Assembly (NCBI GenBank): GCA_000165425.1
Contig: CT868097.1
Span: 316,867-380,866, forward strand
Source: Paramecium tetraurelia
Lineage: Eukaryota
Length of the DNA stretch: 64,000 nt
Direction of reading: 5' to 3'
Shown here: positions 40,150-53,128 of the stretch, in pieces
Position numbering within the stretch: position 1 is the stretch's first letter
How the letters are laid out: each line of letters begins with the position of its first letter
Made by a program: the position numbers and the translations under genes
Notes under the pieces: generated by a model
Told to the model about the DNA's origin: nothing
Databases searched by the model: none
The model's input: the letters and a program-made list of their open reading frames with translations, nothing else

Positions 40150-40794
40150 ATGGGAATTTCAAGAGACAGTCGACATAAGGGAAGACTTACAGGAGGTCGT
40201 ATGCCAATTCATAAAAAGAAGAGAGCATTTGAGAAAGGAAGATAAGCTGCAATGACAAAATTGATTTCTGGAGAAAAAAGAGTCAGAAGAATTAGAGTTA
40301 GAGGAGGAAATTTCAAATTTAGAGCTCTTCGTCTATCTGAAGGCAATTTCTCTTGGGCCAGTCAAGGCGTTGCAAAAAAAGCAAAAATAGTTGAGGTTGT
40401 TTATCATCCTTCTAATAATGAATTGGTGAGAACAAAAACTTTAACAAGAGGAGTTATTGTGTAAGTAGATGCTACTCCATTCAAATAATGGTATGCTAAA
40501 AAATACAATGTTGAATTGGGACCAAAAAAGAAAGATAAAAAAGTAAATATTACATTGAAATCCTAGGATGCACCAGCAGATTAAACTAAAAAATCAAATT
40601 CTCTATAAAAAAAACTTGCATAAAGAGCAAAAGATAACGTGATTGATTAATTGGTTCAAGAGTAGTTCTCTAATCAAAGATTGTTGGTTAGAATAACCTC
40701 AAGACCTGGATAGTCAGGAAGAGCTGATGGCTATATTCTAGAAGGAAAGGAATTAGAATTCTACGTTAAAAAAGTTGAATAAAAGAAAAAATGA
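40150..40794 (+). CDS. RPS8: 40S ribosomal protein S8 (eS8)
   Basis: [17 protein letters not shown]...[14 protein letters not shown]...[13 protein letters not shown]...[22 protein letters not shown]; probable 24-nt intron at 40543-40566. Confidence 0.97.
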
Positions 40795-41317
40795 TATCAT
40801 TAGTACATTAATGTTGCACAGAATAATTTATATATATTAATTCATTGCTGTTTCATTTCGGTATATTGTAAAATATTTAATTATTGACTTTCTGAAAAAA
40901 TGATTCAATCTCAACAATAACATTTAAAACTAGCTATTCTATCTAAATAATACTGAAATATATTTGATTCTTCATAGATATAAAGTTCTTCAACCCAACC
41001 TGGTAAGCTTTTACTCTTAAATTCATGTTCTAATTAATTGATTTATTTTGATTGAAATTAAAGATTATAACGTAAATTATTTCAAATAGGATTAAATATA
41101 AAATAGTATTTGATAGAAATTATGGGCAGAGACAGTGGATGGGATAGAAAGAATCCCCAATTTACAATGTTTTATCATATAGATATATATTGAAAAGATA
41201 AAAAAATACTAGATTAGAATATTACTTAATAGAAATTAAAATAATTGGACATTAAGGAATAGAAACTCTAAATCTTACAATAGCAAAATCAAAAAATATT
41301 ATTTACTCTTTAATTAA

Positions 41318-44172
41318 TCAAAATAATTTTTTCTTGTTTTTTTCAGATCCAAATAGTGCTTGAAAGTTACTCATTTTATGTAAAGAAGAACTAGCAGTAG
41401 TTGTTTTTGGAGATGATAAATTACCAAATTATTCTGTTTTAACTCTTTCTGTTACTTTTTTGTTATTTTAATCTGGCATAGTAGTAATTCTGTCTGAAGT
41501 TTATAAAGCTCTGGATTGATCAATTAATAATTTTATTTGCTATAAAGTATTTATAATTATAATACTTTGAGTTCTTAAAGTGATGATTATGCTTGTTACA
41601 TAGTTTTTGAATAGGTATGACCTAGTTTTGCAGTTTGATGCTAAAGTTAAGATGATTTAGTCATAGATTCTTATTTTTTTGAGTTATCAAATAGGTCACT
41701 CTTTCCCTTTGTTCCAAAGATTCTTTTTGAATCCTCTGGTGATGATGAAAATAATTGTTCATTCGATTCTGCCTATGGTGATTGAATCTTAGTCTATTAA
41801 TTTATTGAAAATGGTTCAGCAATAAGAGCTTAATTTTATAACTGATTCAAATTGAGAACATTTGTTCTTTTTGATTTTTCTTATCCATACACACTATCCC
41901 TTGAGTAATAGAAGTTATCTAATAAATAATTTGCAGTGTCGACATTCTTAGATTAATTATAACATATTATACTTAAAATTCTTTTTGTAAATTGATTTGA
42001 AATTACTTTCTAAATTCAGCATCTCCTTTGTTGAATTCTTCTTCATCAAAATTATATTTCAAAGGATAAGGTTTATAAGGAGGCTTAACCTTTTTATTTA
42101 AAACTGCATCAAAGTTTACATCTTAGAACCACTTATGATTTAAGATTTCACTAATTCCGTTGTAATGTCCAAGTCTATCTTCAGGAACCTTTTGCAATAA
42201 TGATTGTATTAAGTCTTTCAAAAGAGGAGAAATGGTGATGTAATTTGGAAATTGAATTTATTCAGTTAAAATAGAATTATAAATGTCTTAGGTGTTATGT
42301 GAATAGAAGGGAGGCAATCCAGTAACTAATTCATAGAGTAATGCTCCTAAACAATAACAATCAACTAGATAATTATGACCTGTTTTCATGAGCATCTCTG
42401 GAGCCATGTATTCAGGAGATCCACAAAATGAATAAGCAAAATCATCTGGTGACATCTCTGGTTTTGATAATCCGAAATCACTTAACAATAAATGACCTTA
42501 TAAGTCTAGGAGAATATTCTCAGGTTTGATGTCTCTATAAACTATATTTTAAGAATGCAAATAAGCCATTCCTAAACAGATTTCTGCAAAATAGATTTTA
42601 GCATCTTGTTCATTTAATCTCTTCAGTTTTCTTAGATGGTAAAATAGTTCACCACCAGCACAATACTCTAAAACAAAAGCTATATAGTATTTAGTTTCAA
42701 ATGAATAATGTAACGGAGTTACAAATTGGTTGTTCATTTTAGTCATGATATCTCTTTCATTCTATACAATGATTTCCTTTGAATTTTCAAATATAAACTT
42801 CTTGTCAATTAGTTTTAAGGCGTAAAATTTGCCATTGTCTTTCTTTCTTACCATATACACTCTCGAAAATCCTCCCACACCTATACATTTGACTAATGCA
42901 AAATCTTTCAATCCAACCTTTTTAGTTTAAATAGATTGGGAATACAAAGGCTAGATTTGTAGAGTGTTTCCTTTGAAGACATCCAAAGTCATCTCATGTA
43001 ATGTCAAGTAATAATCAAAGGGCACATCCTTTGATACTGTTTAGAACTAACATATTTTATTTAATTCTAATATTATTCATCTTTAAGTACCTTATTAAAT
43101 TGAATCTCCATCTGTTGAACCTGTACCTCCTCCTAACTTTGTACATTATTTTTCAATACAAGCTATTTACTGTATTAAATAGTTAAAGAGATCATCAGTA
43201 GTTTTTGTTTAATATTTGAATAAATAATGATATCTAAATAATTTATGTTGAGTACTTTGATTGTTTATAATAGAGGACAATCTTTAACTATTGATCCTGA
43301 TCATAATTCAATGTTTCATCTGCATTTTATTATTTTTATTGAATCTAAGATGAACAAGCTTCAGTCTTAAAATGAATTTAATTAATTTGTTTAGCTTTTT
43401 GATTCTCACATTGTTTCTGAGGAAAATGTTTTTATGTTTATACTTGATTAAAGTATTTTTTATTGTAGAGCATATCCTCAATCGATTATCTATGATATGA
43501 TGGATCGTCAGAGAGAATTGACTGTTTATTTTATTTTATTTAAGAGTTCTGTTAATAATCATCTTAGGAGGTTTTGGTGTTTTTTAACTACATTATATTA
43601 TTTCAATAGTTATACTATTTGCATATCAAATAAATATTAATCTTTTTATTTTATTATCGGTGATTTTATTTAATTTTAAGGGGATTGATTGTAAGATTAT
43701 TTAGTAGTTTGCGACGATTTTAAAAGCTGATTCTATAAACAATAAATTCATTAAGCATACTTCTAATGAAACTATGGCAAGAGATAAATTTTTTTATTTG
43801 AGTATTTACCTTTTTGTATTATTGCCGTCTTCGGTCTAAACATTCAAATCCACGTACTAGAATTTTCATAAGAATAAATACATTTAATTATCCATTTTTC
43901 AGACGCTCGCTTTTCTAACTTTATGTATGTAAAATATCAATGCTTTTGCTTCCTTGTAAAGTATTTTTTACGGAGTGAACCATTTACGTAATTGTATTTC
44001 TTTCTTTTTTAAAATAATCTAATAGGTCATTTTTTTTAGTTTTGGATTAAGGTCGTTCTGTCTTTGCTGTCTTAAGATTGCTTCTTGAAGATTTAATATC
44101 GTTGCTTAATGAAGGTTCTTAAAAGCTATTTCTATTCATAAGCGATTGAATCTGCGAACTTATTTTCTTCAT
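41318..44172 (-). CDS. AGC-family Ser/Thr kinase (PKB/SGK/S6K-like) with long N- and C-terminal extensions
   Basis: IGVGGFSRVY, YALK, LEYCAGGELF, YRDIKPEN, DFGLSK, SFCGSPEYMAPE, GLPPFY, AGC tail PPYKP. Upstream exons join via several introns back to the ATG at 44172; an alternative start at 43593 is possible. Confidence 0.9.
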
Positions 44173-44789
44173 TAACGATGAGAATAATAATTTAATTCAA
44201 ATTATATATTTTATTATTTAGAGACAAAGTTCACAATCAAATACAATACTGTCTATTATATATTAAGCACATCATGACTTTTTTTATATTGAAATCATGA
44301 GTCTAGGTTGAATTACTTAATAAACAAAAAATGATCGAAATATCATCCACAACATGTTAATTGTAATATGGCTACATAAAAATTGAGTCACAACCGTTAC
44401 TTAATTACAATTATATATTTTTATATAAAGACTCACTATCCCAATGTCTAAATTTAGTTAATATTGTGCAAATTCAATTTATAACTGGACTCAGTAAAAT
44501 TATGTTTTTATTAGTGATTATTTTTAGTATTGATTATTTTATACTAAGTTTACGGGATTTATTTTTAGAGATCATGTAGGAAGTTTAAAGGGGCCTAGAA
44601 ATCCTTTAAATTCCATGAGTTATCATTGATATAAAATAATAAATAATCAGTCATTTATTTGCTTTTTATAGAAAATAAAATGCTTTATTAAATTTTGTGT
44701 ATTTCTCAAATTCTTAATGATTAAGAATTTATATAGACTCCTCATTTCCATTTAACAATTTTATTAATTTAGTTAAAATTTTTTCTCTA

Positions 44790-45733
44790 ATGCTTGTTTC
44801 CAAAAATTCAGACACTGAAAACGAAAATAACACAAACTCGTAAACTCCTAGACACAACTTATCCTTCAATGCCATATAAAAGGAGGATTGGACTTAAATT
44901 ATGGAAGAAGAATCTATAAATGATTTCAGGTCAAAGGATCTAACTTTAGCCTTGTTTTATTCGGCTCATCTTACTACCTCAGAGTACTATAACAATATAT
45001 ATTTAGTCATATCAATTTAATCCACATATTCTCTTAATTCAAGGACTTTGAAATGCCTAACCCCCAAGAACCCAGTGCATATTATGCAGAATTGATTGAT
45101 CGAGATGTTGGCAGAACTTATTAATGGATTCCATATTTTAAAGATAAATAAAACTAGGACTAATTAAGAAAGCTCCTCCTGAATTATGCAGATTATGATC
45201 CAGATGTTGGTTATGCATAAGGAATGAACTTCATAGCCGGAACTTTAGTTTACTTTTAAGTTCCTTAACCTTAAAAAATATTTAATGAATTAATCTAGAA
45301 TCATCGAAACAATTATATCGCTGGAACTCCAGGGTTATTTGAAAATTTGGCAAAACTGAAATTTAAATTGAAGACTTCCATTCCAAAATTATATAAACAT
45401 CTTCAAGAAATTGGGCTTAATGATTTGGGCATTTGCTTCAGTCCATATTATCTAACTTTAATGTTGTAAAATACACCATTTTAGTACCACATGCTCATCT
45501 TGAATATTTATTAACTCATGGGTTAAAAATACATTACAAAATTGCTAATAGCAATGTTGAAGCTTTCTAAAAATACTATTATGAAATTAAAGGACGTAGA
45601 AAGAGTTAACAAGTACATAAGAACCGAATTGGCAGTTAACTTTTTCTAAGAAATTGAAATCTGCAGAAAAGAATAAAGACTTATTCAACTACTAGTTAAT
45701 ATTGGATTAATTAAGCGTGTTAATCAATATTGA
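44790..45733 (+). CDS. TBC-domain Rab GTPase-activating protein
   Basis: Arginine finger IDRDVGRT and glutamine finger GYAQGMNF (Gln encoded by TAA); PKLYKHL. Confidence 0.88.
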
Positions 45734-45882
45734 ATCTTAATTTTGAGATTATACTTTAATATTTAATTAACTCTAATGAAATTATATCACCACTCTTTTA
45801 ATTTGGAATGTCTCCATTCTTAAGTGAGTATTTCAAATAATGCATCTTATTTTCAAATACATTTCATTGTACACGTTAAAGA

Positions 45883-47104
45883 ATGGATACAGATTATTTA
45901 TTTATTCATTATTTAATGTTATAAAAGGCTTATTAAAAGAGCCTTGTTGATTAATAAACGCCTTAATTTATAAAATTGTCAAATACTTTCTAAAATCTCA
46001 GAAAATAAGCATTCCATGTATAGATGACTGTGTGCAATTTGATCAAGGAAAGGGGAAATGCATTTTATAAATAGAGTAAACCCATATATATAATTAAAAG
46101 ATGATTTTTAGACTGCTTGCTAAATTTATGAAGAGCTTTATTAATTTTTGGAGTTCAAAGAATGCAAAAGTAGCACTCTGTTTTTAGTAAAATACAATGG
46201 GAAAACTCCAGAAGAATCGACTCTACTAAATTGTAACAGAATATTAGTAATATAGAACTCAAAATAGCCATTTTGAATAACATGTCAGCCACTCTTCTCA
46301 AACTTAAATTGTATTAATAAACTATAGAAATCACAACTTATGTGTTGCACTACGATCCCAACTCAGCAAAAGCTTTATTTCGAAGAGGAAAAGTAATTAT
46401 ACCTTTATTTACCAGGCTCTATTATCACTCACTCCTCTGAGCAATGAAAATCTCTCGGCCTCTATTGAAGATCTCAAGAAGGCCTCGCAAATTCAAGAAG
46501 ATGAGCTAATTCGAAGCACATATTAATAAGCTATAGAAACTATGAATAATAGATAATTAAACCCTATAAATTTAATTGAAAATGCTAATTTAAACTATGA
46601 AATTGATTATTCGAAGGAAGTCCCAGAAGAGATTAATGAAGTCAAATAGTTTACAGAGATTAAGGGGATGGAAATGCTGAAAGACCTGTAGAAATAAGGA
46701 AAGATTAAGGAGGCAAATGAATTTTTATAAGAGTTGAATCAAATTCAGGAAGCCAAGAAGTAATTGGAAAGAATAAGCAGAATCAATTTCGATAAACCAA
46801 AGCCAGTAAATTTTTATTATTAAGATCTTAGTATCTTTATGAGACTATTAAAAGATTGGGTGTAAATTCTTTGTAATTGTAACAAGAATTCAAGAACATT
46901 CAATATCAACAGCTCTAGGACATAAGAAATAAATTGAAATAATGGAATTATTGTTATTCAAAAAAAGATCTTAATATAAATAATTAAGGACTTTAAGGAG
47001 AATAATAGGAGTATCCTTCAGAGAATAAAACTTAAAATATCTTATTAATTTTAGGAGGACTTATTCTATTTATTTTAATAGGTGTATTTGCAGCTGGAAC
47101 ATGA
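45883..47104 (+). CDS. TPR protein with C-terminal transmembrane tail anchor
   Basis: Co-chaperone-type TPRs LIKERGNAFYK, ILNNMSATLLKL, DPNSAKALFRRGKA; ends NILLILGGLILFILIGVFAAGT*. Confidence 0.8.
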
Positions 47105-47135
47105 TATGATATATTTTATTATTTAATTCCATTAT

Positions 47136-48049
47136 TCATTTTACAATAAATACAATAATCAATACTATAATTACAACAATAAGGCCGCCTATCACATATT
47201 TATACTTTTGCATAGACTGTTTTTAGTTTTCCTCCGCTCCAACTAGCTCATTCGATACGCCAATGACATTAGCCTTGGCTTCATTTAAATTTTGTTATCC
47301 AAAATCTAATTCTTGGCCTTATTGATCTGTTAACTCGCCCATTTGATTGACAATTAAATTTAATTACAGTGCCTCCCTTTCAATTATGTCTAATTCACGT
47401 TGTCTTTCATCAATTAACATATTTTCTAAGTCGATCATATCGTTTTCTACAAAATCTTCATCGATTGAAACTGTTTTTATTCTAGTAGCTTCTTCAGCAT
47501 GAACTTGAGATAAATTGCTTCTTTCATTGTTGGATACTCTCTGATCTTTAGGAACAACTTTCACATAATTTTGATCAACAAAATATTTCAATTATTCTTA
47601 CGCAGTCTCTTATCCATAAGCTTTTGATTATCTGATCACTGAAATTTTTGAGAATTTTTGTTCAAATGAAGAATTCACAAAACTCTTCATGATCCTTTTT
47701 TGTCTATCGACTTCTTTCAAATATTATTATTTGAGTTTGTTGGCTATATTGTTTTATTCATTTCCTCTCGCTATTTTATCGAGTTGGGTGATTAATTCTT
47801 TAGTTTTATCTGCCTTTATTTTGAATTGTTTCCTTGAACCTTGTAAATCATTGTATTATCTATGTAAGGAAATAATAATACAGATTTGCAATCTATAAAG
47901 ATTATTACTAGTCATTGTAAACCTTTAATTCTTCAACAATATTCTATACTTTCTTGATTATTACTAGATCTTAATACCTCCTAAAGAGCCTAAAATTAGG
48001 TTTTAATAGCCTCAGGTTTTTAAAAGAGGTTTTCTTCTAGATCAGTCAT
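47136..48049 (-). CDS. Syntaxin-type Q-SNARE (syntaxin 7/12-like)
   Basis: Helical N-terminal region, SNARE motif LIDERQRELDIIEREALQLNLIVNQMGELTDQQGQELD, C-terminal TM VIGGLIVVIIVLIIVFIVK*. Confidence 0.88.
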
Positions 48050-48282
48050 CAAAATAAGTTAATAAAAATAATATCTAATTTAATATGCACTTATTTATCA
48101 AATAATTGAGGACATCATTTTTGAGATAACAAAGAAAAGGAGAATTCATATAATTTTTTAGTACATCATTTAATACGCAACAAAGATTATGTTTAATATA
48201 ATTATATTGTTAATATAATCATGTATATATATATTATACTAATTAAAGAATTTAAAAATTTTAATAATATTTAATTGTGCTC

Positions 48283-49416
48283 ATGAATCACCACGGCTTC
48301 ATAATTTTGTTTAGTTTGATATCTACCGTATTTGGAGCACCGACGAGCTCAGAAAGATGGGGCTATGGAATATTAGCCTCGTTTGGTGTAAGTATGATTG
48401 GATTTGTGGTTTCCATTTTGATCATCATATTGAAAAAGTTTAGTAAAGGAGAAACAGCACAATAAGTGATGAAAGTTTTAATTGGATTTGCTATAGGAGC
48501 ATTATTAGGTAAAGAATATTCTAATTTAGGCGATGCATTTATCCATTTAATTCCTCACTCATTCTCATCACATGAGCATCATAACGAAGAAGATCACAAC
48601 GAAGAATCAGAGGATAATAGATTATTGGATGAGGAAGAAATTGTTGAAGAGGAAGAGGAAGATATCTCCAAGGAGTTTTTGACATCTTTGTTACTATTAT
48701 TAGGGGTTCTGAGCTTTTTTTTAATAGAAAAAGCCATGAGAATCTTATAATCTTATGTTATGATTAAAAAAGTTTAACCTGAAGATTAAAATCTTGAAAT
48801 TGGCCAACAAGAAACCAATATGGATAATAAAAATACTGTTGATTCTCCTGGTATTGTCGATCAAGTAACAAGGATTCAAGAAATGCAATTTGAAAAAGTC
48901 TAATAGCTTCCAATTTCAGAATAATTATTTTCTTATGAGAGTTGGAAATATAAGCCAACTTTGGGATATCTCAACTTAGTTTCAGACTTTCTTCATAATA
49001 TTATGGATGGTTTGGCATTAGGAGTTATCTTTGCAACAACCAGTGATGATAATTTTGACAGTACAATAGCTACATTAATAGCAATAATAATTCATGAAAC
49101 AGCATAGGAAATAGGTGATACAAGTATTCTGCTCGAAAATAAATTTACAAATTCATAAGCATTATTCTCAAATGGAATAATTAATTGCAGTGCTTTAATA
49201 GGGGCTATAATAGGATTAGGAGTATCATCCATGGATAATGACACCCTGGTTTTGGCCTTTGTTGCTGGCAATTTCATTTATATCAGCTGTGTTGATATGT
49301 TGCCAGAAGTCTTAAAAGAAGAAAATATTAAAATATCAATTCTCCAGTTCGTTGCATTCTGTGCAGCTGTAGCCATTATGTATGGAATTGCTTATTATGA
49401 GCATTCTTAAGAATGA
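48283..49416 (+). CDS. ZIP (SLC39) metal transporter, LIV-1/ZIP7/IAR1-like
   Basis: Signal-like N-terminus; GALLGDAFIHLIPH after removing the 21-nt intron 48509-48529; His/Glu-rich loop; TM4 SDFLHNIMDG; TM5 HETAQEIGD; AGNFIYI..DMLPE. Confidence 0.92.
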
Positions 49417-49453
49417 ACTCTGTATAATTTATATTTTTATTTTATAAAATTTT

Positions 49454-50847
49454 ATGAGTAAACTTACCAAGGCGGTATTCGAGAGAAATTACATCTTGAA
49501 AGGAGACTACTATATTATAGATTTAAATACAAGAAATCTTGTGAGCATTAAGAACATCGATCAATATTGTCGAGTGGATAAAATCTAAGAGATGATTCTC
49601 GAATAGAATAGTCTAGGTTAAATAGAAGAAGTCATTCGACACATGTAATTAAATTATGCAAGTCTAGGATTCAACTTAAGTTATTGGAGCTGTAATTAAA
49701 TTAAATCCAGATCATAGAAAATTTAGAACTTCCCAATTTAGAATAGCTTAATCTGAATACTAATTTCATCAAAGAAGTTCCTCAATTATAATTGCCCAGA
49801 TTGAAAGTATTGAATCTATCCTTTAATAAAATCACATATATTGCTGATCAGAATCTCCCATCATTGGAGTAACTCAATTTATCTGGAAATTAACTCATAT
49901 ATCTCCCTAAATTGAATTAATCTCCAAGACTTAGACTTCTAGATGTGCAGAAGAATAATCTAATTTCAATTACAAGGTTAATGGGTACTTGTTAATACTT
50001 ACAGGATCTTAAGATGGGGTATAATTAAGTTCCTGGAGAGTATATTGATGAATTATGCGCAGTTATTCAAACATTGCCAAGTCTTGACAAAGTCGATTTC
50101 AAAGGAAATCCTGTTTCTTAGGTTAATGGCTATGAGATTAGATTATTGAAAGCAAAACCAGGTTTGAAATATATTGACAATATTCATTTATCTGAAAATA
50201 TCATTCAAAATCTTTAGGTTTGATTCATTTCTATTTTAGAATATGGATAAAACAAAGTCATTTAATGAGTTGGTGGAAGTAACAAAAGAATAATATTATA
50301 AATGGATATAAGAAAGAGAAGAAGTGAGGAGAGTGATGCAGAAATAATTAAATTAGTAGAAGCTTAGATTGGACTTTCAATTTGAGGACAAAGAAGAAGA
50401 CAACATTGAGGAGATGAAGGAATTTTTTGAATTTATTAAAGAAATTGAAGCTAAAAAGAAAAAAGGTGAAAAAATAAATGTGGATGATTAAAATATTTAA
50501 TTATGGAGATAGAGACTATAATAATCTGAGAATTAAAGAATCTAAGCCTAATAATTAGTTAGGTAACAACAAATAAGAAACAATGAATAGTAAATCAATA
50601 ATTATGTATCTACTAAAACAATGATGGTATTTCATTATTACATATTTAGCAAAAACTATTCGAAATTGCCATCAATGAACCTGAAATGTGGAAGGAAATC
50701 AAGAGGAAGGAACTAGTTTAAATACCTTAGGAACAAAGTGATGAACCCTCTTCTGGCATGAGATCAATGAATAGTGTAGAAACACCTTAGGAATCTGGGA
50801 GTAGAAGTGGAAATTATAGTGTAAGGAGTGGGAAGTCACGATTTTGA
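49454..50847 (+). CDS. SDS22-like leucine-rich repeat protein with coiled-coil C-terminus
   Basis: Repeats LEQLNLNTNFI, LKVLNLSFNKI, LEQLNLSGNQL and LRRcap DFKGNPV..YEIRLL..PGLKYID. Confidence 0.85.
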
Positions 50848-50875
50848 ATGGTTGTTTCATTTAATATATTAAAAT

Positions 50876-51627
50876 ATGAATTAAAGTAAAGTTCTTAGAG
50901 TGGACATAGTAGATTAAAAGAACCATTAAGCTATTATGGAAATGCCTAAGGATTATCGAAAAGAGCATTTTATAATCAGAAAGAATGAGATAAGAATTAA
51001 GAAAGAAGAGGTGCAGCCACCCAAAAAGATGTAGAGATTTATTCTATGTTGTAGAGATGCTGATTAATATAATACAAAGGAGTATTATTAATAGAGGAAG
51101 AAGAATATGTAAGTGAACAAGTCAAACTAGGCTAATAATTCGAGATGATCGAGAAAAATAACCTTATTAAAGTTAAAATTTCTAGATGATTTTCCTCCAG
51201 CTTAAAGTTTGATCCTATTGAAATGTAAGGGTAAATACTCATTGTCTTTTGTTTCTTAAAAGTCAGAAGTTTATAAGCATGTATTTTAGTTAACTTAATT
51301 AAAGATTTCTGAAGAGTTCTAAAACAAGCTTTTTAAAGATATTGACAAGGGATTGGATGCAAGGAAAAATTAAGAAAACAGAGATAAGGTGGATATTAGG
51401 GAGAAGAAATAGATTGCAGAATATAAAAATGATCTTTCAGATTCCGATGAGGAGGATTCATTTTCAAATAAAAAAAACTAGGTAGAAAAAAATAAATAAA
51501 GGAAAAATATCACACAAACTTGATTATTCTTGTGGTGGAGAAACCTAAAAAGAAAGTTAAAAAGAACGAATCTTTTGGGGATGATTAATAGTCTGATTCA
51601 GTGGTTGAGTCAAGTGCTTCTTTTTGA
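50876..51627 (+). CDS. Hypothetical charged protein
   Basis: Open frame joined by tiny introns; acidic DLSDSDEED patch and basic tail; no family confidently recognised. Confidence 0.6.
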
Positions 51628-51800
51628 TGAACAATACTGAGATAAATGTGAGTATATGTCATAATATTTTATTAATTAATTATTTAGTGACGTTTTTGTT
51701 TAATTTAATTCTAATTTGGGGGTTTTGAAAAATGTTTTGGGTATTAATAAGTGAGTTTAAGATCATTTTAAATGAATATTATTTAAAATATACATAATAT

Positions 51801-52909
51801 ATGGATTATATTAGAACAATAGTTTCAGGAAAAAAAAAGAGATTCATCTCAGAAGGTTATAACTTAGATTTGACTTATGTTTGCGATAGGATAATAGCTA
51901 TGGCTTTCCCTGCTGAAGGATTTGAAAGCTGTTATAGGAATCCCATTGATAAGGTATTATATATGTAGAATTTTAGGTGGTTCAATTTTTGGAGAACAGA
52001 CATGGCAATAATTACTTAATTATGAATCTATCATCACGCACTTATGATTATTCTAAATTTAAAAATCAGGTTAAAAATTATCAGTGGAACAATCATCATG
52101 CTCCCCAATTACATTTACTCTTTAATATGTGTAAATCTATGCAAGAGTTCTTTAATTAGAAATAAGAAAATGTTGTTGTCGTACATTGTCTGGCAGGAAA
52201 GGGCAGAACGGGTACGTTAATTTGCTGTTACCTTTTATATTGTGGAATGTTTAACACCGTGAATGATGTTCTATAATATTATGAAAAATCCAGATTCAAC
52301 GACGAAGGCTTGGGAGTTAATTAACCATGCCAAATTCGTTATATCGAATATTTCAATCAATTATTATAAGGAGAAGCCATTTACCCAAGTCTTAAATATT
52401 TGAGCTCCATTATTATAGAGGGCGTACCAAAACTCAATATTGATGATGGCAGCAAGATATCGGCTAAAATCTATCAGAACCAACAACTTATCAAAGACAC
52501 CTAAATACTTAAAATCATTTAAGAAAATTAGACAAATTGTATAATAATGACACCCAATCCTATTGTCGTCCATGGGGACATTTTAATTGAATTTTATAAT
52601 TCCAACCTTGTGAAAACCAAGTTAATAATGAGAATATCATTTAATACCTCATTTAATACCATCACTTTTACTAAGGATTAGATTGATCCATTTAAAATTA
52701 AAAACGATTCAAGAATACCTGATAATTTTAAACTTCACGTTTGCCAATCAGAATATTGCAATAATTGTGATTAGACCACCAGTTTTCATGAAAAGTGTCC
52801 TGATTGTAAACAAGCCCTAAATTAAGAAAGACAAAATTGGCATCAAATTAAAGATGCCTTGAAGTTAAAAGGGGTCAATGTCATTAGATTTTTCCCTTAA
52901 AACTTTTGA
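51801..52909 (+). CDS. PTEN: PTEN-like lipid/protein phosphatase
   Basis: MDYIRTIVSGKKKRFISEGYNLDLTYVCDRIIAMAFP, YRNPI, P-loop VHCLAGKGRTG, GVNQPCQIRYIEYF, C2-like GDILIEF..RISFNTSF, and a Cys-cluster tail. Confidence 0.92.
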
Positions 52910-53128
52910 TATCGAATATTAAATGTTTGTAGAATAGACATCATCATCAGAGTTAAAATACTATCAAAGAAGCCTTACTTTTTTTGTAAATATATAATAA
53001 ATATGTCTATTCATAATTTAGTTAAAAATTATAAAATAAATATTTTATTCTCTTTAGTGATAGATAAATCTTCTCGATAATGTGATTATTAAGTATATCA
53101 ATATGTAATAAGATATGCCATTCAATTC

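Noticed and set aside
40900..41300. Short + strand coding-like fragments between RPS8 and the kinase
   Set aside because: Interrupted by TGA in the frames tried; no model.
50876..51627. Resemblance to TFIIF large subunit N-terminus
   Set aside because: Only an impression from composition and spacing; needs HHpred, so left as hypothetical.
51712..51745. TTTGGG/TTGGGG telomere-like hexamers
   Set aside because: Isolated, non-tandem copies; not an internal telomeric array.
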